Origin: Promethearchaeia archaeon
GTDB taxonomy: Archaea > Asgardarchaeota > Lokiarchaeia > Sigyniarchaeales > SOKP01
Length of the DNA stretch: 64,000 bases
NCBI GenBank assembly: GCA_029856145.1
Contig: JAHQWK010000012.1
Span: 1 to 64,000 of the forward strand
Reading direction: 5' to 3'
Position 1 is the stretch's first letter; every line of letters begins with the position of its first letter. Shown piece after piece: positions 29,601 to 38,006 of this stretch. The notes under the pieces were generated by a model. It saw nothing but the letters and a program-made list of their open reading frames with translations, did not search any database and had not been told where the DNA came from. Made by a program: the position numbers and the translations under genes.

Positions 29601-30586
29601 TCGGTAAACCAATCCCATTCGCTTGGGAAAAACTAGAGGAACGTGAGAAATATAAGGAGGAATTATTGAATAATGGGTTTATTCGTAATTATAATCTCCC
29701 TGTCAAAAAAAGAAATGGTGTTAGAATTATTGTGCAAGCAAATGCTCATTTATTAAGAGATGATAATAATAAACCAATTAGTATAGAAGGAACTTTTACT
29801 GATATCACTGAGAAATTCAGATTGGAACAAGAATTATTAGAATCTGAAAAAAAACTAAGGCAACAGAATATTGAATTGAAAAAACTCGATAAAGTTAAAA
29901 ATGATTTCATTACAATGGCTGCTCATGAATTAAAAACACCTTTAATTTCAATTTCTGGATATACTGATTATATTTTGATGAAACATAGAAATCAAATTAA
30001 TCCAGAAATTACAACGGACTTATTAACTGTACAGAGAAATGTAAATCGATTAGAGGTTCTAATGGACCAGCTTTTAGATGTATTAAAAATTGATGAAAAT
30101 GAATTAAAATTACAGAAGGAACATATAAATGTCAGTAAAATAACTAATGATTGCCTTGATGAATTAAGTTATCTGATCAATGAAAAGAATCTTGAGATAA
30201 TATTAAATATAGAACCTGATATAATTATAAATGCGGATCCTACACGGATTTTTACAGTTATTACTAATTTAATTTCAAATGCGATTAAATTCACTCCTGA
30301 TTATGGTTGGATTGAATTAAATGCTAAAAAAGAAGCTAATCAATATGTTTTTGAGATAAAAGATAATGGAATTGGATTAGTAGGAGATGAATTCGAACGA
30401 TTATTTAAAAAATTTGAAAGGATTAAACCACCCATTATAAATGAACATATTAATATTAAAGATTCTGGGACTGGTTTAGGGCTTTATATTACTAAAGGGA
30501 TTATTACTGCACATGGAGGCAAAATTTGGGCAAGGTCAGAAGGAGAAAACAAAGGATCTACTTTCTCTTTTACATTACCAATATAG
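26639..30586 (+). CDS. Multi-PAS cytoplasmic sensor histidine kinase
   Basis: About 8 PAS/PAC units (DIT..K..E..LKESE..YR); H-box AHELKTPL, N-box NAIKFT, DNGIG, GTGLGL. Confidence 0.95.
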   Translation: MASMYESYDKLGQIFSKNIDDPMFILNEKFQCEYSNSQYFLLKQKINEFIHPEDLKRVNRLLKNILKLGYGTEEAQIKYEGNQSKWFEIKGKSFIDGADNKKKVLLICRDITKFKKLEFEIKESQARFGELADYVPEIQFWKLLQTREGKSVVQKTREMLELVLDNIPQLIYWKDTNLVYMGCNKNFALLNKIQEPTSIIGRTDEDLIWLKTNIKLIQDKESKVMKNDNAEYDAIESLTTTSGKQTWFEISRIPLHDSKGKVVGILVTYEDITMRKIAEQKLKESEEKYRGILDNINESYFEVDLNGNFTFFNNALCELQGSSREELLGANYENFVDENNKKKIIKVYSDVFETGRPKTNFQYQFQKKNGEQITCESSVYLRYDSEGNRIGFSGLAKNITDKFSLEQKIKESEEKYRTIFNSSPDYIFITDIKGDILDMNPALLERIGITLEETRGKNFSEFYAGDEFDKLQGVGDSLIAGNEITGIEIKAKTKKGEIFEYEVNAVPLKEDGKVTKILNLARDITLRKQTEQKLKESEKRYRHLFESSPYAIWLVDEKGTIIDCNMTMTDLLSVLEMKDLIGKKFYEVLSVLKRPEYLINILKDQFKRFLNGERLRPLELQITRVDGKKIWVSIQSSLVKIGNKTLTQAIIRDITEKKKAEQKIKDSETKYRHLFETMPYSIILIDRKGKIIDCNPTTEKLFNRKIEGLINRNFLEVSIKPEKILPLFKQRFQSILKGIVPEPLEVQISRSKDGNLIWVSIDDSLVEVGGQNVFQVIIQDITEKKIAEQELKKSQEELKTLNRELEQKVLERTKDLIESEQQYRTTINSLNDPLHVVDEQLRIILSNSAFEYWLIDLDIDKEIAGRTVFEAFPFLPDEVRKEYEEVFNSGKMLLTEGSLFLNNKEIFTETRKIPIFSESKVRQVITIIRDITESKKMEFQLKESEENFRNMITNLDEGYYKIEWMGNMIYHNPAFSKIAGYELNESFIGKPIPFAWEKLEEREKYKEELLNNGFIRNYNLPVKKRNGVRIIVQANAHLLRDDNNKPISIEGTFTDITEKFRLEQELLESEKKLRQQNIELKKLDKVKNDFITMAAHELKTPLISISGYTDYILMKHRNQINPEITTDLLTVQRNVNRLEVLMDQLLDVLKIDENELKLQKEHINVSKITNDCLDELSYLINEKNLEIILNIEPDIIINADPTRIFTVITNLISNAIKFTPDYGWIELNAKKEANQYVFEIKDNGIGLVGDEFERLFKKFERIKPPIINEHINIKDSGTGLGLYITKGIITAHGGKIWARSEGENKGSTFSFTLPI

Positions 30587-30722
30587 AGTATATTACAACA
30601 ATTAAAATTTTATTTTAATTAATTTTTCTTTAATATTACCAGAAATTTATTAATCTATTATAAAATATTATTGTTCTTTCAGAACTTAAATTAAGATATT
30701 ATTCTTTTGTTAAAAAACTCAT

Positions 30723-32852
30723 ATGGCCACATTAATTATTACAGAAAAAAAAAAAGCTGCGGAAGCAATTGCAAATGCTTTAGGAACAACAACAACAGTA
30801 AAGATTACGAAATCATTAAATATTTATGTTATTTCATCAAAAAATCTTTACGTAATTCCTTTACGTGGTCATATCCTTGAATATAGAAATACAGATATTT
30901 ATAAGAGTTGGACAAATCCACCTCCACGGGAAATATTAACAAACTCGAATTCTATTAAAAAATTTCAAATCAGCGGTTTGGGACCATATATTAAAGTAGT
31001 TAAAGAATATGGCAAAATTTGTAATCATTGTATAATAGCTACGGATGCCGATATCGAGGGATGTACTATTGGTTTATTTGACGCGCTTCCCTTTGTAAGG
31101 CAAGTAAACCCAAATATAAAAGTATCACAATTATGGCTTAGCTCCCTCCAAAAAGATGAAATTATAAATAAATTTAATAATCTTATAATTCCAAAATATA
31201 GTTGGGGTGAATCAGGAGAAGCAAGAGCAATTATTGATGCAATTATTGGTTTTTCAGCTACTCGAGAAGTAACAAACACTCTACGTCCATTATTAAATAA
31301 ATTCAGAGTTAGATTTACTTCAATTGGTCGTGTTCAGACTAGTCTTCTATATTTAATATATCTCAGAGACCAAGAAATTTTAAATTTTATTCCAAAACCT
31401 TATTTTCTAATTGATGCTGATTTAATTCACACAAATGTTGTTTTTAAAGCTCATCATCACCTTAATCCCTTCAATAAGGATCAAGAAGTTAAAGCAAGGC
31501 AAATCTTTCAAAAGATTAGAAATGAGAAGATTGGAAAGATAATAGATAATTCTAAGAAAGTAATTAGAAGATCCCCTCCAACTCCATTGAATACTTCAAA
31601 AGCTCTAGTATTATTAACAAAAAATTTAAGAATTTCTGCAAACCTTGCCATGCGAACAATGAATGCATTATACTTGAATCAAATAATTTCTTATCCGAGA
31701 ACAGATAGTGATGTTTACAAGTTAGATTTTAAGCATAAAGAAATCATCCAAAAATTTACCTTACATCCACATTTTAAAAACTATGCGTTAAACTTATTAA
31801 AGAATAAAAGAGTAAACCCAACCAAAGGAAAGAAAGATATGGGAGACCATCCCCCTATTACACCTCTTGAGAGTCTAGATATTAATAGTTCAAGATTTGA
31901 GAATAGTTTACAAAAAAGAGTTTATGATCTTCTTGCTCGTCATTATCTTGCTCTTTTTGGAGAAGATGCTCAGGAATCAAAGCAATTTTTAAAAATTTTA
32001 ATTAAAGATGAGCAATTTAATGCTCAATTTGTTTCATTAATTTCTTCAGGTTTCTTAGAAATTGCTCCCTTTCTTAAACCAAAATACGAAGAAGAGATCC
32101 AAATTATAGGTGATAAAATCCCAATAAAGGAGATATTATTTATCAAAAAAGAAACACAACCACCTCCTAGATATACTGATACATCATTGCTTAAACTAAT
32201 GGAAAAAAATCACTTAGGCACGAAATCAACTAGACCTGTTATAATTAAGCTATTACAGACTCGTGAATTAACAGAACGAATACAATATCATTATCATATC
32301 ACGAATTTAGGCAAATTTATTATTGAAAATTTAATTGAAATATGGTTACCATTTTTAAAACCAGATTTTACTAAAAAAGTGGAAGGAAAACTTGAAGAGA
32401 TTAAGAATAAGAAGAAAAATATAAAAGAGGTAGTAGATGAAATAAGAATGGAGTTTTTGCAACTATTTGACAAGTTCTTGATAAATAAACATAAACTAGT
32501 TTCTAAAATTAATAATTATAAGATTGATTATACCATCCCACTTACATCTTCAAATTGCCCCTTTTGTAATAAAAATCCTATGAAATTCATTAATATAAAA
32601 AATAAACGTTTTTTAGTTTGCTCTGATGATAATTGCAAACAATTTTTATCATTACCTAAGAATGGAAAATTACAATTATTAGATTCAATTTGTTCAATCT
32701 GTAATTTTAATATTTTCAAAATTACTCTTATGAAATATAAGAAACCTTATACTTACTACTTATGTCCTAAATGCTGGAATGAAGATCGTTCCAACTTTTG
32801 TTCTAATTGTAAAGAATTTAAAATTTATAAGGGACAATGCACAAAAAAATAA
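30723..32852 (+). CDS. topA: DNA topoisomerase type IA with C-terminal Zn ribbons
   Basis: TOPRIM EK, ATDADIEG, SIGRVQT, catalytic ISYPRTDS, DHPPITP, LGTKSTR. Confidence 0.9.
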   Translation: MATLIITEKKKAAEAIANALGTTTTVKITKSLNIYVISSKNLYVIPLRGHILEYRNTDIYKSWTNPPPREILTNSNSIKKFQISGLGPYIKVVKEYGKICNHCIIATDADIEGCTIGLFDALPFVRQVNPNIKVSQLWLSSLQKDEIINKFNNLIIPKYSWGESGEARAIIDAIIGFSATREVTNTLRPLLNKFRVRFTSIGRVQTSLLYLIYLRDQEILNFIPKPYFLIDADLIHTNVVFKAHHHLNPFNKDQEVKARQIFQKIRNEKIGKIIDNSKKVIRRSPPTPLNTSKALVLLTKNLRISANLAMRTMNALYLNQIISYPRTDSDVYKLDFKHKEIIQKFTLHPHFKNYALNLLKNKRVNPTKGKKDMGDHPPITPLESLDINSSRFENSLQKRVYDLLARHYLALFGEDAQESKQFLKILIKDEQFNAQFVSLISSGFLEIAPFLKPKYEEEIQIIGDKIPIKEILFIKKETQPPPRYTDTSLLKLMEKNHLGTKSTRPVIIKLLQTRELTERIQYHYHITNLGKFIIENLIEIWLPFLKPDFTKKVEGKLEEIKNKKKNIKEVVDEIRMEFLQLFDKFLINKHKLVSKINNYKIDYTIPLTSSNCPFCNKNPMKFINIKNKRFLVCSDDNCKQFLSLPKNGKLQLLDSICSICNFNIFKITLMKYKKPYTYYLCPKCWNEDRSNFCSNCKEFKIYKGQCTKK

Positions 32853-32861
32853 GCTATTTAT

Positions 32862-33200
32862 CTAAAAGAAATGCGTAGAATCAAATCTATAAGCTGCTCT
32901 TGTTAGCCCGACATAGTTATCATTAAGTTTATACAGCATTTTTCCATTTATAATTTTTTTCTGCAGATAATTGTTTTTAATATAATGATTCAACGATGAT
33001 ATCATCGTGCCCAAAGTGACAGCTCCGATAAATTCATGTCGCTTTTTTGTAGCTCTTATCAATTCTAGTTCAGAATGCCATTGCCCATCAAGAAGTGCTA
33101 TCAATATTTCATTTTTTATAGGAGTATTGATATCTTTAATTTTATTGAATAAATTAGAATAACTTGGCTTATAGTGCGGATTTTCTTCAAAATCTTCCAT
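32862..33200 (-). CDS. Winged-helix-like small protein
   Basis: EILIALLDG..SELELIR...helix...LQKK..NGKMLYKL wing pattern. Confidence 0.55.
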   Translation of the reverse strand: MEDFEENPHYKPSYSNLFNKIKDINTPIKNEILIALLDGQWHSELELIRATKKRHEFIGAVTLGTMISSLNHYIKNNYLQKKIINGKMLYKLNDNYVGLTRAAYRFDSTHFF

Positions 33201-33272
33201 ATTTAATTATCTCTTTAAAAATAATGAATTTAATATGAATTAATATTGAGATTTTTTATTTAACAAAATGTA

Positions 33273-33289
33273 TGATCTCAGTATTATTT
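33273..33289. promoter_or_regulatory. 17-bp motif TGATCTCAGTATTATTT, copy 1
   Basis: Identical to 46831..46847; both copies lie about 70 bp upstream of a minus-strand start. Confidence 0.45.
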
Positions 33290-33320
33290 AGATATTTCCT
33301 CAGTAATTCAATATAGATAT

Positions 33321-34442
33321 TTATAGTAAATTTGGTGGTATTCCTTCATTATAATACTTCACCCGCGTAATCCAATTCTGAGAAAATTCTGGAATGGTAC
33401 CAAGTATAGAGCCACCCACCCACACAGAAAATGTTCTCTCCATCGGAGCGATAATTCTGATTCCTAGATTTTTTTTCTTTCTCCTTGCTAATTCTAATTC
33501 TAATTCTTGATAAATACGCGATTTTATATTAGGGAACATTGAGGATCCTCCTGAAAGAAAAATATTATTCAATAAATCTGGACGAATATCTAAATCACAT
33601 GCATCTATAACGTCCATAATGGCTACATGTAACGAATCTTCTTCCAACTCTGAAGATGGTTTAAATAATAATTCTGGTACCATAAATCGTTCTTTATTAA
33701 GTGAGATAGTTGAACCATCAGGCAAAGAGTATTCTTTCTCATATTGCTCAATACGTTTCAGATCTTCATTATAATCTAATGAGACAAAACAAGCTTTCTC
33801 CTTTAATGCCCTTACTAATTCTCTACGAATTGAAGAATCAACAGACCATCCAATGGATTCTAAAGTCTGTTCCATATAACGAGTTAATACTCTTCCACCT
33901 ATGTCTAAAATCCGTACTGCATGTTCTAACTTATATCCTTCATAGATCGGGACAATTCTTGTATTACTATCTCCAATCTCTACAATCAAACCTGTTTGAA
34001 ATCCTCCAGAGTAAAGAGTTAACATAGAATCTAAGACAGGATAAAATGCCATACATTGATATCGTTCTAAAAACAATTCAAAAATTTTCTCTAAATCTTT
34101 ATATGGAAATAAAGGATGTACCGCAAATAGTACATTAACAAGCGTTGGGTCTACTCTTAAGTTATAAAAGATATAATCAATAATATTTGCTAAATGGTTC
34201 CAATCTACGACAATTCCCTTTTCAATTGGATGAAAAATTTTATACAATCCAATTGATTGAATTTCGTCTCCTACATATATTTCATCTTCACGAGACTCTT
34301 TGCCCCCATAATTGACACCAACATCTTGATATTTAGGTTTTCCAACCATTGTAAGGAATACTTGGGAGGGTGTATCTTCACCCGCGAATCCAATTTTTGT
34401 TGAAAATTGACCGATATCAAGAACAACTGTAAGATTTCCCAT
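33321..34442 (-). CDS. Divergent actin-family (Arp-like) protein
   Basis: KIGFAGED.P, YVGDE, PIE.G...DW, VPIYEGY, GGR.LT, KEKACFV, YSLPDG, ERF..PE.LF.P, CDLDIR.DL..NI.LSGGSSMFP, SVWVGGSIL. Confidence 0.95.
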   Translation of the reverse strand: MGNLTVVLDIGQFSTKIGFAGEDTPSQVFLTMVGKPKYQDVGVNYGGKESREDEIYVGDEIQSIGLYKIFHPIEKGIVVDWNHLANIIDYIFYNLRVDPTLVNVLFAVHPLFPYKDLEKIFELFLERYQCMAFYPVLDSMLTLYSGGFQTGLIVEIGDSNTRIVPIYEGYKLEHAVRILDIGGRVLTRYMEQTLESIGWSVDSSIRRELVRALKEKACFVSLDYNEDLKRIEQYEKEYSLPDGSTISLNKERFMVPELLFKPSSELEEDSLHVAIMDVIDACDLDIRPDLLNNIFLSGGSSMFPNIKSRIYQELELELARRKKKNLGIRIIAPMERTFSVWVGGSILGTIPEFSQNWITRVKYYNEGIPPNLL

Positions 34443-34567
34443 GCCTTAATATTTCTAAATTTAATTGAAGATAATTACCCTAAATAACTATATCTAATAT
34501 ATTATTTTAATTATTTAAAAAAATTCTATGCAATTTATCAAAAAAAAGAAGAAAAATCTTAAGTTTC

Positions 34568-35233
34568 TTATTCTCCTCTCATGATTTTCTTCAGACGATT
34601 TAGCTCATCCAACATCTCATCTCGAAGAGAACCTAAGCCTCCACCAACTTTTGGAGCTACTGAGGGTGCTGCTGGAGCTGGAGGTCCAGGTCTTTTTGCA
34701 AATGCCGGTGCTGCTGGAGGTCCTGCACTTGGAGGGCCACTAGGTGCTTTAGGAGGTCCACCGCCAGCAGGAGGTAATTTCGGAGCTGGAGGTAAATTAG
34801 GTTTTTTGGGAGGTCCGCCACCACTTGGTGCAGTAGGTGGGCCTGCTTTCTTAGGAGGACCCGCACCGGGAGGTTTAGGTGCAGAAGGAGGTCCCCTGCC
34901 AGGAGGTGCAGGAGCTGCTGGGACGGTAGCTGTTGGTGCTGCTGTTGGTGCTGCGGCAGGACTTCCACTACTTAATAAAGAGAATAAGGTACTTGCTGCT
35001 GCGGTTTTAGCTTCACCACCTGTTGGGGCAACAATTTTTTTAGAGGAAGTACTCACAGTTTGAACATCTTCAACAACAGAAACTTCCTTCAAATCTTTCT
35101 GAGCTTTAGCCAATGATTTAATAAAGTCGTTTATTCCTTTTACAGTATCTCCTAAATCATCTGCTAAAGAAGTTAAACCTTTTTTCATAAAATTAATTAC
35201 TCGTTCAATCTTTTTCTGTTCTTTTGAAACCAT
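34568..35233 (-). CDS. Coiled-coil + proline-rich + C-terminal amphipathic helix (WH2/VASP-like) protein
   Basis: Heptad-like N-terminus, about 110-aa Pro/Gly/Ala tract, C-terminal GGGLGSLRDEMLDELNRLKKIMRGE; SD GAGGA. Confidence 0.8.
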   Translation of the reverse strand: MVSKEQKKIERVINFMKKGLTSLADDLGDTVKGINDFIKSLAKAQKDLKEVSVVEDVQTVSTSSKKIVAPTGGEAKTAAASTLFSLLSSGSPAAAPTAAPTATVPAAPAPPGRGPPSAPKPPGAGPPKKAGPPTAPSGGGPPKKPNLPPAPKLPPAGGGPPKAPSGPPSAGPPAAPAFAKRPGPPAPAAPSVAPKVGGGLGSLRDEMLDELNRLKKIMRGE

Positions 35234-35495
35234 GTTCTACTCAATTCCTCTAATATTATTGTAAAATTGATTAAAATTAAAATTAAAATTACTATTTATA
35301 ACCTTTATATTTTTATTATATTAATATGTATTTATATTTTTATTCCATTCTTTTTCAACTCTATAAATCCCAATATTACGTACATCTAGAAAAAACATTA
35401 ATTATTAAAAAACCTAAACTAATAATATTATATAACATATTTCATTAGTAAGTTTAAAAATTATTAAAAACTCAATTAGAATAAATTTAAAAGGT

Positions 35496-35771
35496 TTGCA
35501 TAAAATGCCTAAGCGAGAACTATTCATTAAGCGGGTTTATGAAATAGTAAATGAGCTTAAAATTCCCCTAATCGATGAAAGAGTCTATGATAGTGTTAAA
35601 TTCAGTACGGGGGCAGCTGTAGCAGCGGTTATTTTCAGATTTGAGGAGGATGAATCAGTAATACGTGGATTTCTGGGTCTTGCTGAATACTTTCACACAG
35701 TAGTGATAAAGAGAAAGGATGAGTTCTATATTCCCCACGCTTCCATTCTCTTCAGACTTATAAGTGCTTAG
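35496..35771 (+). CDS. Small hypothetical protein
   Basis: Clean globular-looking ORF; likely start ATG 35505. Confidence 0.7.
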   Translation: MHKMPKRELFIKRVYEIVNELKIPLIDERVYDSVKFSTGAAVAAVIFRFEEDESVIRGFLGLAEYFHTVVIKRKDEFYIPHASILFRLISA

Positions 35772-35945
35772 GGTAAGCTATCTATTTTTAATCCTCTCTT
35801 TCTTTTATAAAAATCTTTTTTTTACTTTTCTTCAATGTCATTAATTTCAAGAGCAATAATTTGAAATTTATCTTTGAAATTAAAAAAAAACTATTATATC
35901 TATGGAATTGAATTTTAATGTTTGGTTTATATTCAGACTAAAGAT

Positions 35946-36644
35946 TTAAATGTTTATTATGTAATATTTAGAACTGTTTATTATCTCTAATACCTCTGTT
36001 TCAGGTACATCATACCAATGTCTATAAGCATCAGCAACAGCAAACCAAAATGTATTCCTTATATTAGGGCAAATAATCTCATAAACTTCATTTTGTATTC
36101 TTTTGATAGTTCTTAAGGGAGCAGTTGGTACGGCAATATAGATTTTATTTGGATTATATTTTTTTATCATTTTGATTCCAGCTAACATTGTAAACCCTGA
36201 GGCTAATCCATCATCGAGTAAGACAATATTTTTATTTTGTATGTTTTTAACATATTGTTCTTGTAAATTCAATTCTCTTCTATAATATTTGATTCTTTGT
36301 TGTATCTCTTCTTTTGTAGTTACAATTGAATCATTTATCTGTTTTTCAGAAAGGTTTAATTGGCTCAATAGAGGTTGGTTAAATAACACAGTGCCATCTG
36401 TTGTAATTGCACCAAATCCCGCTTCAGTATTATAGGGAATTTTTAATTTCCTGACAATTAAAATATCATAGTGAATATTAAATTGCGAACAAAATCCTTC
36501 TGCTATTGGAACTCCACCATTTGGAATGGCAAAGCAGAAAAAATCTTTAGGATTTTGTGAAATTTGAATATAAAATTCCTCATTATTATCTTGAATATAT
36601 TCTGTGAGTATTTTTCCTGCTATAAATCTAGATTCATACTTCAT
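35946..36644 (-). CDS. Type I phosphoribosyltransferase family protein
   Basis: IPNGGVP, VRKL..P.N.EAGFGA and PRPP loop VLLDDGLASGFT. Confidence 0.9.
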   Translation of the reverse strand: MKYESRFIAGKILTEYIQDNNEEFYIQISQNPKDFFCFAIPNGGVPIAEGFCSQFNIHYDILIVRKLKIPYNTEAGFGAITTDGTVLFNQPLLSQLNLSEKQINDSIVTTKEEIQQRIKYYRRELNLQEQYVKNIQNKNIVLLDDGLASGFTMLAGIKMIKKYNPNKIYIAVPTAPLRTIKRIQNEVYEIICPNIRNTFWFAVADAYRHWYDVPETEVLEIINSSKYYIINI

Positions 36645-36823
36645 GGAATTTACTATTAAATAGTAGTATATTTATAATTAATAAAATTCCTTTTGTTTCA
36701 GTTATTGAGGTTCTTAGTCTTATATTTAATAAAGGCAATTATCTGATATATTTATATATATGCAGTAGGATTAGTATTGTAACTTTATTATATTAATAAC
36801 CCAAAAATAATTGATGAGAATAT

Positions 36824-37645
36824 ATGAAGAAGTCTCTCATAATTTTAGTATGCTTATTAGGCCTCTTTTTCTTTTTACCATTTATAAATTTCTCTATGGC
36901 AATTCCTCCCGATTATATTGGAGTTCAAGTAGGGGAAGAATATACTTGGACTTTTAGAGTAAACGTAAATACATTTACAGAGTACGCAACAGATATGGGT
37001 CAAACAGTTCCAGCAGAAATCTCAATGTTTGAAACTATGAGTTCAGTCCAATTGAAGGGTATAGTAGCGTCGATTAGTGATGAAATTCCCGGAATATCTT
37101 ATGATTATGTTATAATTAATTTATCCTTATACATGAATGTACCGGGATATGGGTGGATGGACTTTCAGGATTTTGGAGAGTATCTACCTGTTTTTGTGTT
37201 GAGCAATGAAACATCTAATTATTTTAATAGTACTATGAATGCAATGGAAACTGAAATGTTACCTCCCCCTATTGGTTTTGCCTTACCATTTTTAATTGTC
37301 CCTCATAATCTAAACTGGACAGATGCAGTCCAAGGCTTAAATGATGTAGTTCAGGATTTTACTGGAGGAGTTACTGGATTGGCTTTAGAAGAATTTGGAA
37401 ATGGTTTTAAAATAACAATACCTGCACAAACTATTAATACTTTTGCTATGCAACAAATGGACTATATTGCTCAATGGAATGATAAAGGGGTTTTTGGCCA
37501 AGGTCAAATACTCTATGGAGGTGCAACCATGATGTCTATTAATGTACCTGAAAGTGAAATTCCCGGATATGAAATCACAATTCTTCTTGGCGTACTTGGT
37601 GTCAGCACATTAGGATTATTTTATTATATAAAGAAAAGGAAGTAA
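36824..37645 (+). CDS. Secreted/surface protein with Loki-CTERM-like anchor
   Basis: Signal peptide; YIGVQVGEEYTW; C-terminal EIPGYE + TM + KKRK. Confidence 0.8.
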   Translation: MKKSLIILVCLLGLFFFLPFINFSMAIPPDYIGVQVGEEYTWTFRVNVNTFTEYATDMGQTVPAEISMFETMSSVQLKGIVASISDEIPGISYDYVIINLSLYMNVPGYGWMDFQDFGEYLPVFVLSNETSNYFNSTMNAMETEMLPPPIGFALPFLIVPHNLNWTDAVQGLNDVVQDFTGGVTGLALEEFGNGFKITIPAQTINTFAMQQMDYIAQWNDKGVFGQGQILYGGATMMSINVPESEIPGYEITILLGVLGVSTLGLFYYIKKRK

Positions 37646-37663
37646 TACCCTAAATTAAAAATC

Positions 37664-37674
37664 TTTTTTTTTTT
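37664..37674 (+). terminator. Oligo-T archaeal terminator candidate
   Basis: T11 run about 20 bp after the stop codon. Confidence 0.4.
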
Positions 37675-37730
37675 AATATTTTTTAAATATTATTATAATA
37701 GAAATTATATAATTTATCAATCAGATTAAC

Positions 37731-38006
37731 ATGGAACTTTTTGATTCGATACTATTTATTTTCTTTATTTTAATTCTATTGTGGGTTATTAAAGCCGACT
37801 TTCTATTCATAATTTTAGGGATTGCTGCATTTTTATATTTTCTAATTATCCTATTCTCAGAAAATCCTTTAACAGTTACACTTTCCATTCTGAATTTTAT
37901 TTTATTAAATCCTTTAGGATTATTACTGATTTTTACTCCATTAATTTTGTATATCTTAAAAGAAGGTATGAAAAGATATTTAAGTCAAAAGAGAGAAAAA
38001 ACTTAG
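37731..38006 (+). CDS. Small membrane protein
   Basis: About 3 hydrophobic segments and a basic tail. Confidence 0.55.
   Translation: MELFDSILFIFFILILLWVIKADFLFIILGIAAFLYFLIILFSENPLTVTLSILNFILLNPLGLLLIFTPLILYILKEGMKRYLSQKREKT

Noticed and set aside
33321-34442. Calling this gene canonical Lokiactin
   Set aside because: Too many substitutions at otherwise invariant actin positions
34581-35063. Gly/Ala-rich 160-aa plus-strand ORF and the alternate-frame Gln/Leu ORF 34657..34968
   Set aside because: Shadows of the Pro-rich gene; the local GC rise is explained by Pro/Ala/Gly codons, not by horizontal transfer
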